The notes beneath the pieces were generated by a model that did not search any database, was not told the DNA's origin, and saw only the letters and a program-made list of their open reading frames with translations. Below are positions 56,274 to 64,000 of a stretch of DNA of 64,000 nucleotides, in pieces. Origin of the DNA: an uncultured Candidatus Saccharibacteria bacterium (GTDB lineage: Bacteria > Patescibacteriota > Saccharimonadia > Saccharimonadales > CAZNVG01); contig CAZNVG010000001.1 in the NCBI GenBank assembly GCA_964576475.1, forward strand, positions 8,367 to 72,366, written 5' to 3'. The position numbers were made by a program, and so were the translations under genes. Each line of letters opens with the position of its first letter. Positions within the stretch are counted from its first letter, which is position 1.

Positions 56274-59225
56274 CTACGGTTTTGTGACGGTGATAGATTT
56301 CGTATCTATAACTGAATTTGAACCATCTCTAGCTTCCACAGTAATCGTATGTGAGCCGTTTCCAACCGATACGGCTTTTTGCGTAGTTGGTGCTGCGACA
56401 GTCGAAGTAGAACCTCCGTTACCGGATACAGTAACTTTGTATGAACTTGCTCCACTTTTTGCAGACCAAATGATCGTAAAGTTTGCTCCAACACTCGATC
56501 CATTACCCGGGCTAGTTATATCAAAAGACGCACTTGATCCGGATCCTCCGCCGACGCTCTGAGTTGCATTGTCAGAAGCGTCGTATAGTCCTTTGTCGAT
56601 GACTACTACACTGAACCTGTGTTCACCGGCAGAAAGTCCAGTTGCAGTAAACTCCATCGTTCCAGCACCAGCTGTTTGGTTTGACACTATTTGGTCGTCC
56701 ACTATGAACTGGATGGCGTCGAGTTCAAACTTACCCTGAGTGACACTTGCAGTCATCTTCGCACTACTATCGACACTGAGCGTAACAGTCGGTTTCGCAT
56801 CATCACAGTTGTGTACATCATCCTTATCGACAGGTGCGGCACCACCACCGCCTCCACCAGCTTGAGGGAAGCGCGTCTTTACACCTGCAAGCCATCTGCC
56901 GTACGCAGGGTCTGAGGACGGAATCTCTGCATCAACATTTCCAGCGCCCGTCATTTCTTTTCGTGCTCGCTGAGGCGTACAGTCTGTCGCCAATTTGCCA
57001 CTCACGGAGTCGACTGTATATTTGCTGTTACTATTTGCCTTCTTTGGAGTAAAGAATGATGCAAAACGATCGACTCTACCGCCGTTATCTACTTGGAACC
57101 CAGTGGTTGGATCTAAACGAACCTCTTTAATTCCTGCCGGCTTGTTGAACTTCTCGTCACCCATTCCGGCGTGTGCCGCTTTCATATAGGCAGTCCACAT
57201 TGGACCAGTCTGAAGATGCGTCGTACTGTTCATCGCGCGGTTGTCATGGTTACCAACCCAAATCCCGGTCACAATTCTGGTGGAATAACCCATCATCCAA
57301 CCATCTTTTGCATCGTTCGTCGTTCCCGTTTTACTAGCAGTAGTGATTCCTGGAATAGTAAAGTACGCATTTGAGTTGCCGAACGTCGGCACACGTGCAG
57401 CATTATCGGAGAGTATGTCATTAATGTTGTACGCTACTTGCTCATCAAGTATTCGCTTGCCTTCTGCATCTTTCCAATCCTTCAGCACTTTACCTGTTGG
57501 GCTTTCTACTCTTAATACGTACGTTTGTGGTTTGTATATACCACCACGAGCAAATAGTGAGTAAGCGTGGGTATGTTCTGCCAACTTAACTTCCGCACCA
57601 CCAATAGCCATTGAGAGACCGACTTGTGGGCAACCATCTGCACAGAACGAAGGCTCGCCTGCATCACGAATAAAGTTCATGACGTTGCCTTGACCTGCGA
57701 TATACATTGCCTTAATCGCCGGGATGTTACGAGATTCAGCCAAGGCTGATCGTATGCTTATTGCACCGCGATATCCCTTGTCAAAGTTCAGAGGTTTGTA
57801 CGCACCAAAGTCAGTAGCGACATCGTACATAGTTGAGCCTGGACCCCATTTGCCCGTCTCAAAGAGTTTTGAGTACTCAAACGGCTTGATAGAAGATCCT
57901 GGCTGTCGCATAGCTTGAGCCGCATCATAGTTTCCATAGCCAGGGTAGGTATACCCTCGTGAGCCAACGTATGCCAATACCTGGCCAGTTGCAATATCCT
58001 CAGAGACGAGTGCGGCATTATCACCTTTAGGTTCAACAGATTTCATGTTCTCAGCCATGGCTTTTTCTGCTGCTTTTTGCTTGTCGTAATCTAGTGTTGT
58101 GATGACCTTAAGCCCACCATTTAGCACCGTATTGGCGCCAAGTTCATTTTCAAGCTGTCCTTGGACTTCCTTGACGAAGTGCGGTGCATCGGGCGGCACG
58201 TCGCCGACTTTTTTATCAAGCGGAATCACCTTAGCAAGTGTATCGACTTTCTTGGCTGCCTCTGCTTCTTCTTCTTTGATATATCCTTGGTCCTTCATAA
58301 GATCAAGTACGCGATCGCGCTTAGCAATCAGACGATCAGTATTGTCACCATATGGAGAGAAAAAGGTCGGTGACTGAGGAATAGAGGCCAGCATCGCAGC
58401 CTCATCTAAGGTTAGGTCATTAGACTTCTTGTTAAAGAAACTTTTACTTGCCGACTCAATACCGTATTCGCGCGGCCCGCCGTAAGGAATCTGGTTGAGA
58501 TAAAATGCAAGGATCTGATCCTTTGAATATTTAGCTTCAATTTCTTCTGATAAAATAACTTCTTTCACTTTTCTGGTGTACGTTCTCTCGTTGCTGAGGA
58601 GCGCGTTCTTGACGAACTGCTGAGTAATAGTTGAACCGCCACCCTTACTTGAATCGCCTGTTATAACTCCAAGTGCCGCTCGAGACAGACCACTGTAGCT
58701 GAAACCGCCATGTTTATAGAAATCTTTGTCTTCAAGTGCCACAGTCGCGTTGCGAATGTATGGCGACATGTCCTTAAAGTCTATGATCGTTCTGTTCTCA
58801 GTACCTGACGTCTGGTACAACAAATGCGTACCGCTGCGATCATAGAAACGAGTAGCCTGCTTGATTTTTGCAAGTTCAGCATTGATGTCGCTCGGGAGAT
58901 CCTTTTTAAAGTATGCAAATACTGCCGCTGCCAGCAGTATCATCAGAAATAAACCAATTCCAGCAATTTTAAGCAGTTGCGTAGCGCCTTCTCGGCTAAA
59001 TACATACTTAGCGACGCGTTTAGGATGCAGTCTCCAAATGATTCGCTTCATGCGACCTTTGGGCATCAATGCAAGTCGATCTGCTTTGCGACGCATCTTT
59101 ACATCCTTACGATGCTTGAATCGATCAGCCAGATTGGTGTTTTGCTTGATTGAACTAGCTCGCGTTTTTGCCGCGCTATGTGTGTGAGATTTACGGCCAC
59201 GGCGACGGAGTGGGTTTGCATTCAT
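56274..59225 (-). CDS. Class A penicillin-binding protein (PBP1A-like) with C-terminal Ig-like domains
   Basis: EDKDFY.H.G, GGSTITQQ, RKVKE, QPGSSIKP, SRN, KTGT. Confidence 0.93.
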   Translation of the reverse strand: MNANPLRRRGRKSHTHSAAKTRASSIKQNTNLADRFKHRKDVKMRRKADRLALMPKGRMKRIIWRLHPKRVAKYVFSREGATQLLKIAGIGLFLMILLAAAVFAYFKKDLPSDINAELAKIKQATRFYDRSGTHLLYQTSGTENRTIIDFKDMSPYIRNATVALEDKDFYKHGGFSYSGLSRAALGVITGDSSKGGGSTITQQFVKNALLSNERTYTRKVKEVILSEEIEAKYSKDQILAFYLNQIPYGGPREYGIESASKSFFNKKSNDLTLDEAAMLASIPQSPTFFSPYGDNTDRLIAKRDRVLDLMKDQGYIKEEEAEAAKKVDTLAKVIPLDKKVGDVPPDAPHFVKEVQGQLENELGANTVLNGGLKVITTLDYDKQKAAEKAMAENMKSVEPKGDNAALVSEDIATGQVLAYVGSRGYTYPGYGNYDAAQAMRQPGSSIKPFEYSKLFETGKWGPGSTMYDVATDFGAYKPLNFDKGYRGAISIRSALAESRNIPAIKAMYIAGQGNVMNFIRDAGEPSFCADGCPQVGLSMAIGGAEVKLAEHTHAYSLFARGGIYKPQTYVLRVESPTGKVLKDWKDAEGKRILDEQVAYNINDILSDNAARVPTFGNSNAYFTIPGITTASKTGTTNDAKDGWMMGYSTRIVTGIWVGNHDNRAMNSTTHLQTGPMWTAYMKAAHAGMGDEKFNKPAGIKEVRLDPTTGFQVDNGGRVDRFASFFTPKKANSNSKYTVDSVSGKLATDCTPQRARKEMTGAGNVDAEIPSSDPAYGRWLAGVKTRFPQAGGGGGGAAPVDKDDVHNCDDAKPTVTLSVDSSAKMTASVTQGKFELDAIQFIVDDQIVSNQTAGAGTMEFTATGLSAGEHRFSVVVIDKGLYDASDNATQSVGGGSGSSASFDITSPGNGSSVGANFTIIWSAKSGASSYKVTVSGNGGSTSTVAAPTTQKAVSVGNGSHTITVEARDGSNSVIDTKSITVTKP

Positions 59226-59326
59226 AGGTTTAGTTATCTAAATCCTTCATTTGATTAACTCTAGTCTAACGCTAGCAGTATATCGCAAGCTCGCGGGCAC
59301 GTGAAGATTGCGCTACAATGAATATC

Positions 59327-59371
59327 ATGATAAAAAATCAAACTTATTATTCTCATTCAGAGTATCGCTAA
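59327..59371 (+). CDS. Putative Tyr-rich leader peptide MIKNQTYYSHSEYR
   Basis: ATG 7 nt after TACAAT; 3 Tyr codons of 14; followed by competing hairpins and tyrS. Confidence 0.65.
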   Translation: MIKNQTYYSHSEYR

Positions 59372-59442
59372 CACAAAAGATACTTTATGCTTAGTACTAA
59401 GGTAAGCGTCATCGCAGACGCAGTAATAGGATTAAAAAAACC

Positions 59443-60690
59443 GTGACACTATCAGAAGAACTCACCTGGCGGGGCTTTACGAACCAAACAACGCTTAAGG
59501 ACCGCAATCAACTCGATGCCGAGAAATTTACCGTTTATTTTGGTGTTGACCCTAGTTCTGACTCCATGACCATTGGCAACCTTGCGGGCATGATGATGGT
59601 TCGGCACTTTCAGCAGTATGGATGTAAGGTATTTCTTCTGGTTGGCGGGGCAACAGGCTTCATCGGAGACCCAGACGGCAAAGACACAGAGCGTAACTTA
59701 CAGCCACTTGAAGTAATTGATCACAACAAAAAAGCAATTGCCTCACAATTTTCTACACTCCTCGGTGAAGGCAGCTTCACGCTTGTCGACAACTACGACT
59801 GGTTCAAGGATATAAACGTTTTGGATTTTTTGCGCAACACAGGCAAACATTACTCAGTCACACAGCTACTCGATCGTGATTTCATTGCAAGTCGCATTGG
59901 TGAAGGCGGAAGTGGAATTAGCTACGCAGAGTTCAGCTACTCCTTATTACAAGGTTATGACTTCTTGCACCTTTTTAGAGAATACGGTGTAAACATGCAA
60001 CTATGCGGCGCTGACCAATGGGGTAACTCTATCAGTGGCGTTGATCTAGTTCGCAAGGTGACAGGAAAAGAAGTGCACATTTGGTCTGCGCCACTTGTCA
60101 TGAACAAATCTACAGGTAAAAAGTTTGGCAAAAGTGAAGATGGTGCGGTTTGGCTAGATGCCAAAAAGACAAGTATCTACAGCTTCTATCAGTTTTGGCT
60201 TAACACAGACGACGCAGGAGTTATTGATTATCTAAAAATCTACACGCTGCTTTCGCAGGACGAAATTGAGAAGCTTGCACAGACGACAGCAGATGAACCT
60301 GAAAAGAGAGCAGCACAAAAAACACTCGCCTATGAAGTAACAAAGCTTGTTCATGGTTTCGACGCCGCAGACAGTGTGTCGCGCATCACCCAAGTACTGT
60401 TTGGAGGTTCTTCGTACGAATTACTCCAGCCAGACGATTTTGTACAACTTGCTGAGCAATTACCGCTGGCAAATGTATCGCTCGGTGATCAGCTTATCGA
60501 GTCACTCGTAGCAACAAATCTAGCGAGTTCCAATACTGAAGCTCGTCGCTTCCTGCAAGCCGGTGCTGTTTCCCTTAACGGACAGTCCGTCACGCTTGAA
60601 ACCACTTTGGAAAAAGAAGCATTTTTGCATAATCACGCTATTCTGAAGCGAGGCAAGAACGCTACTGCTATTCTGCAGTTAGTACCATAG
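59443..60690 (+). CDS. tyrS: Tyrosine-tRNA ligase
   Basis: YFGVDPS..SMTIGN, LLQGYDF, GADQWGN, KFGKS, S4 domain. Confidence 0.97.
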   Translation: MTLSEELTWRGFTNQTTLKDRNQLDAEKFTVYFGVDPSSDSMTIGNLAGMMMVRHFQQYGCKVFLLVGGATGFIGDPDGKDTERNLQPLEVIDHNKKAIASQFSTLLGEGSFTLVDNYDWFKDINVLDFLRNTGKHYSVTQLLDRDFIASRIGEGGSGISYAEFSYSLLQGYDFLHLFREYGVNMQLCGADQWGNSISGVDLVRKVTGKEVHIWSAPLVMNKSTGKKFGKSEDGAVWLDAKKTSIYSFYQFWLNTDDAGVIDYLKIYTLLSQDEIEKLAQTTADEPEKRAAQKTLAYEVTKLVHGFDAADSVSRITQVLFGGSSYELLQPDDFVQLAEQLPLANVSLGDQLIESLVATNLASSNTEARRFLQAGAVSLNGQSVTLETTLEKEAFLHNHAILKRGKNATAILQLVP

Positions 60691-60700
60691 GGCACGCAAT

Positions 60701-62737
60701 ATGCGTCTAACTGACTCGATACAGTACCTAAAAGGTGTTGGTCCAGAAACAGGGATCAAACTTCAACGATTAGGTATACGTACAATCTTTGACTTAATTA
60801 ATCACTGGCCTCGACAGTATGAAGATTACTCAAAGATACAATCTATCAGGAACATCACTCCGGGCCCGGTTACTCTAGAAGTACAATTTCGTTCCGTAAA
60901 ATCTCGCTACGTTCGTCGCGGCATGCACATAACAGAAGCAACGGCTTTCGATGCGACGGGAGCTGTCAAAATAGTATGGTTCAACCAGCCGTATAGAGCA
61001 GACTCTCTAAGAAACAGTCACAGCTATTTCCTATCAGGCGAGTTGTCATTTAATAACATGCAGCTAAGCATCGTTAATCCAGCTATTGAGCTTGCTACTG
61101 ATATGCCAGCAAACACCGCACGGATTCTGCCTAAATATCGAGAAACAAAAGGCATAACATCAAATCAGCTTCGAAAACTATTCGCATCAGCACGTTCACT
61201 CATGCACGATTTACCAGAAAACTTGCCAAGCTGGATGATAGCGGAGAACGACCTCATTCCTCATGCTGCGGCAATTGAGACATTGCACTTTCCACACAGT
61301 ATAGAAGACCTTAGCGCCGCCAAGCGCCGTTTGGCATTTGAGGAGGCACTTGGGCTAACGCTCGCTACCCAAATAACACGAAAAGAAATAGAGCATGAAA
61401 AGGGAATAGCCCTGGAATATGATGAACTACTCATCAAAAACTTTGTTGCCAACCTTCCATTCACGCTAACGAAAGATCAGAAGATAGTCAGCTGGAAAAT
61501 TCTTGGCGATTTACAAGCCGCCCGTCCAATGAATCGACTCGTAGAAGGTGATGTGGGATCCGGCAAGACGGTGGTGGCAGCTATAGCCGCGCTACATACC
61601 CTCAATGCTGGCCACCAAGTGTTGCTGCTTGCGCCAACAGAGCTACTGGCTAGACAACATTATAAATCTGTCACAAATCTTCTTAAGGGATTCATCGATC
61701 CTGATCAGATCGCCTTACTAGTCGGTGGACTCAAAAAGCCTGAGAAAGAAACCGTGAAACGCTCTGCAGCCGCAAACACGCAGCGTCTCATTATAGGAAC
61801 GCACGCACTTCTAGAAGAGTCATTGGAAATGTCTTCACTTGGGCTCATCATCATTGATGAACAGCATCGGTTCGGCGTTCGTCAGCGTCAGAAACTCGTA
61901 GCAAAAGCAGGCCACATGCCGCACGTACTCAGCTTAACAGCCACACCAATTCCAAGAAGTCTGGCGCTTACGCTGTATGGCGAACTTGACGTTAGTATTA
62001 TTGCTGAGAAACCAGCAGACAGATTACCAATCCTTACTTCAATCCACTCACCTGATTCAAGGATGCAACTCTATCGTGATATAGATACCGTGATAGAGAA
62101 AGGTCAACAGCTGTATGTCGTTTGCCCGCTCATTAAAGAATCAGATGTCGTAAAGCATGTTAGCGCTCATGAGATGTATGATCTGCTGACCAAACAATAC
62201 CTCCAGCATCGCAAAATAGGGCTTCTACACGGCAAGCTAAAGGCTGCCGACAAAGACGCTGTTATGCAATCGTTTGCAAGCGGAAAGCTAGATGTTCTCG
62301 TGAGCACGACAGTTATCGAAGTAGGTGTCGACGTACCAGACGCTACAGCAATTGTGATTGAAGGAGCTGACGCTTTTGGACTGGCGCAACTCCACCAGCT
62401 GCGAGGAAGAGTCGGACGTGGCGCCGTGCAGTCACACTGCTACTTAGTCCCATCTACATCTCAAAATCCTAGTAAGCGACTTCGGGCGCTTGCATCAAGT
62501 AACGATGGCTTTAAACTCGCCGAACTAGACCTAGAGCTGCGCGGGCCTGGGCAAATTTATGGTACTTTTCAACACGGCCAACTTGATCTTCGTTTAATAC
62601 GATTGAGCGATACTAAGTTGATCGCTGCTGCACGTGAAGCTGCCAAGGCGTTTATTCAGAAGGGTGAAAGTCTGGTAGACTATCCTGAGTTAGATGCTCG
62701 AATCACTAAACTTAAACAAATAACGCACTTAAACTAA
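60701..62737 (+). CDS. recG: ATP-dependent DNA helicase RecG
   Basis: GDVGSGKT, DEQHRFG, TATPIPR, QLHQLRGRVGR, RGPG. Confidence 0.97.
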   Translation: MRLTDSIQYLKGVGPETGIKLQRLGIRTIFDLINHWPRQYEDYSKIQSIRNITPGPVTLEVQFRSVKSRYVRRGMHITEATAFDATGAVKIVWFNQPYRADSLRNSHSYFLSGELSFNNMQLSIVNPAIELATDMPANTARILPKYRETKGITSNQLRKLFASARSLMHDLPENLPSWMIAENDLIPHAAAIETLHFPHSIEDLSAAKRRLAFEEALGLTLATQITRKEIEHEKGIALEYDELLIKNFVANLPFTLTKDQKIVSWKILGDLQAARPMNRLVEGDVGSGKTVVAAIAALHTLNAGHQVLLLAPTELLARQHYKSVTNLLKGFIDPDQIALLVGGLKKPEKETVKRSAAANTQRLIIGTHALLEESLEMSSLGLIIIDEQHRFGVRQRQKLVAKAGHMPHVLSLTATPIPRSLALTLYGELDVSIIAEKPADRLPILTSIHSPDSRMQLYRDIDTVIEKGQQLYVVCPLIKESDVVKHVSAHEMYDLLTKQYLQHRKIGLLHGKLKAADKDAVMQSFASGKLDVLVSTTVIEVGVDVPDATAIVIEGADAFGLAQLHQLRGRVGRGAVQSHCYLVPSTSQNPSKRLRALASSNDGFKLAELDLELRGPGQIYGTFQHGQLDLRLIRLSDTKLIAAAREAAKAFIQKGESLVDYPELDARITKLKQITHLN

Positions 62738-63558
62738 TGTTCTCAGGTACTACTTTTACGAATTACTCAGGCAATGTGCTTGGCGGCCATCAGAAAATTG
62801 ATCGCTCTGCGTATAGCATTCTTAATAAAACAGTCGATATTTCGCTGTTTCCATCTATAAAGAACATCATCCAGTTTGAGGGACGCAACGGTCCGGACGG
62901 CATTAAAGCTAAGAGTCCAGGCAAGGATGAGCCCTGGCACTACTATGATCCGTACGACGATCACGATCACAACATTATCGACATAATGGAGCATCATTAT
63001 GAAGAACTGGTCGAGGCGCTACGTGAGGGCAATCGAGAGAAGTCTGCCTTTGAAGCAGCGTGGTTAGCCCATGCCGTGGTAGACGGACTAACACCTGCTC
63101 ACCATTACCCATATGAAGAAGAGCTTGAACGACTTCGCGGAGGTCAGGGCTTAGAGTCTCGCGATAGTGTCATCAAAAAACTACTCATACCAGGAGACAA
63201 TCTAGCAGATGCAATCAAAAAGAACTGGGAAATGTGGGGGAGCAAAGGGCTGCTTAGTACCCATGCATTGTTTGAATGGGGAGTCGCACTATTAATCGCA
63301 CCTCTTCACCTTGGTAGAAAGCCGCTGTCAAAACACACCTGCAAACAAGCCGCCGAGAACGGCGTGGCTACAACGTTTAAACTAGCAGCACGTGAAATTG
63401 CTGATCAAGATATCTTCCATGCCTATTACAGATACGGCTGGAATCAAAAAATGGTTAAAGTCGTCAAAGGCTATCTGGCCCCAAAAATAGTAGAATCACT
63501 GGCAATTATTTGGTACTTGGCACTAGATGAAGCTAAAAGCGGCGAGTCACGGTTCTAG
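62737..63558 (+). CDS. Zn-dependent phospholipase C / P1-nuclease-fold-like protein
   Basis: GHQKID...GPD...WHYYDP...WLAHAVVDGLTPAH...HALFE metal-ligand pattern. Confidence 0.6.
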   Translation: MFSGTTFTNYSGNVLGGHQKIDRSAYSILNKTVDISLFPSIKNIIQFEGRNGPDGIKAKSPGKDEPWHYYDPYDDHDHNIIDIMEHHYEELVEALREGNREKSAFEAAWLAHAVVDGLTPAHHYPYEEELERLRGGQGLESRDSVIKKLLIPGDNLADAIKKNWEMWGSKGLLSTHALFEWGVALLIAPLHLGRKPLSKHTCKQAAENGVATTFKLAAREIADQDIFHAYYRYGWNQKMVKVVKGYLAPKIVESLAIIWYLALDEAKSGESRF

Positions 63559-63560
63559 AC

Positions 63561-64000
63561 ATGCGCATCATAGCTGGGAGATTGGGCGGAAGAGTATTTC
63601 AATCAGGAAATCATGCCGTGACTCACGGAATGAGCGAAAAGGTACGCGGGGCGTTGTTTAATATCCTTGGAGATGTAACAGACAAAACAATGCTTGATGC
63701 TTTTGCCGGTACTGGAGCTATAGGCATAGAAGCATTGAGCCGAGGTGCAAGGAGCGCACTCATGATAGAAAAAGATCGCTCAGCGGCAGCCAGTATCAAA
63801 ACAGCGTTGAGTGAGCTGGGTCTGCAAAATCATGGAAAAGTAGTTGCCGCTAACTGTCGTTCATGGAGTGAAAATAACCCGTCAATATATTTCGACATCA
63901 TAATTTGCGACCCGCCGTACCATGACATGCAGTTATCCACAGTTAATTTGTTAACTAGGCATATGAAAAGCGAGAGCATTATGGTAATATCCCACCCAGG
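63561..64000 (+). CDS. rsmD: 16S rRNA m2G966 methyltransferase RsmD (3' truncated)
   Basis: MRIIAGRLGGR...VRGALFNIL...LDAFAGTGAIGIEALSRGA...CDPPY. Confidence 0.92.
   Translation, partial: MRIIAGRLGGRVFQSGNHAVTHGMSEKVRGALFNILGDVTDKTMLDAFAGTGAIGIEALSRGARSALMIEKDRSAAASIKTALSELGLQNHGKVVAANCRSWSENNPSIYFDIIICDPPYHDMQLSTVNLLTRHMKSESIMVISHP

Overview
About 64 kb of bacterial chromosome, roughly 45% GC by eye, standard code with TGA as stop. It is most likely a Candidatus Saccharibacteria (TM7, CPR/Patescibacteria) genome; this is inferred from compact gene packing, CPR-type hypothetical families, a split transketolase cluster and a PilB-type ATPase. It is mostly housekeeping: pheS/pheT, trxB, ppa-gap-rpiB-rpe-tkt-fba-pfkB, uvrB, gatCAB, dnaE, rplS, rnhB, pepN, nusA, clpC, radA, PBP1A, tyrS, recG and rsmD. 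It also carries surface proteins and a heliorhodopsin. The most striking unannotated element is a ~550-nt nested, highly structured RNA locus after pheT (11448-12014). It has its own promoter and a boxB/boxA-like leader, and a 15-bp perfect terminal stem encloses a long G-U-rich hairpin, a D-armless tRNA-like unit, a CCA-ending three-way junction, and a stem-enclosed GC3-rich 48-aa zinc-ribbon ORF with a strong, sequestered Shine-Dalgarno. Other points of note are a Tyr-rich leader peptide before tyrS, a perfect CIRCE before clpC, tandem NrdR-like boxes before an NrdH-like redoxin, and a recurring leaderless promoter architecture. No CRISPR array, rRNA, canonical tRNA, transposase or integrase was seen. 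All structures and family calls were made by eye, not computed or searched.
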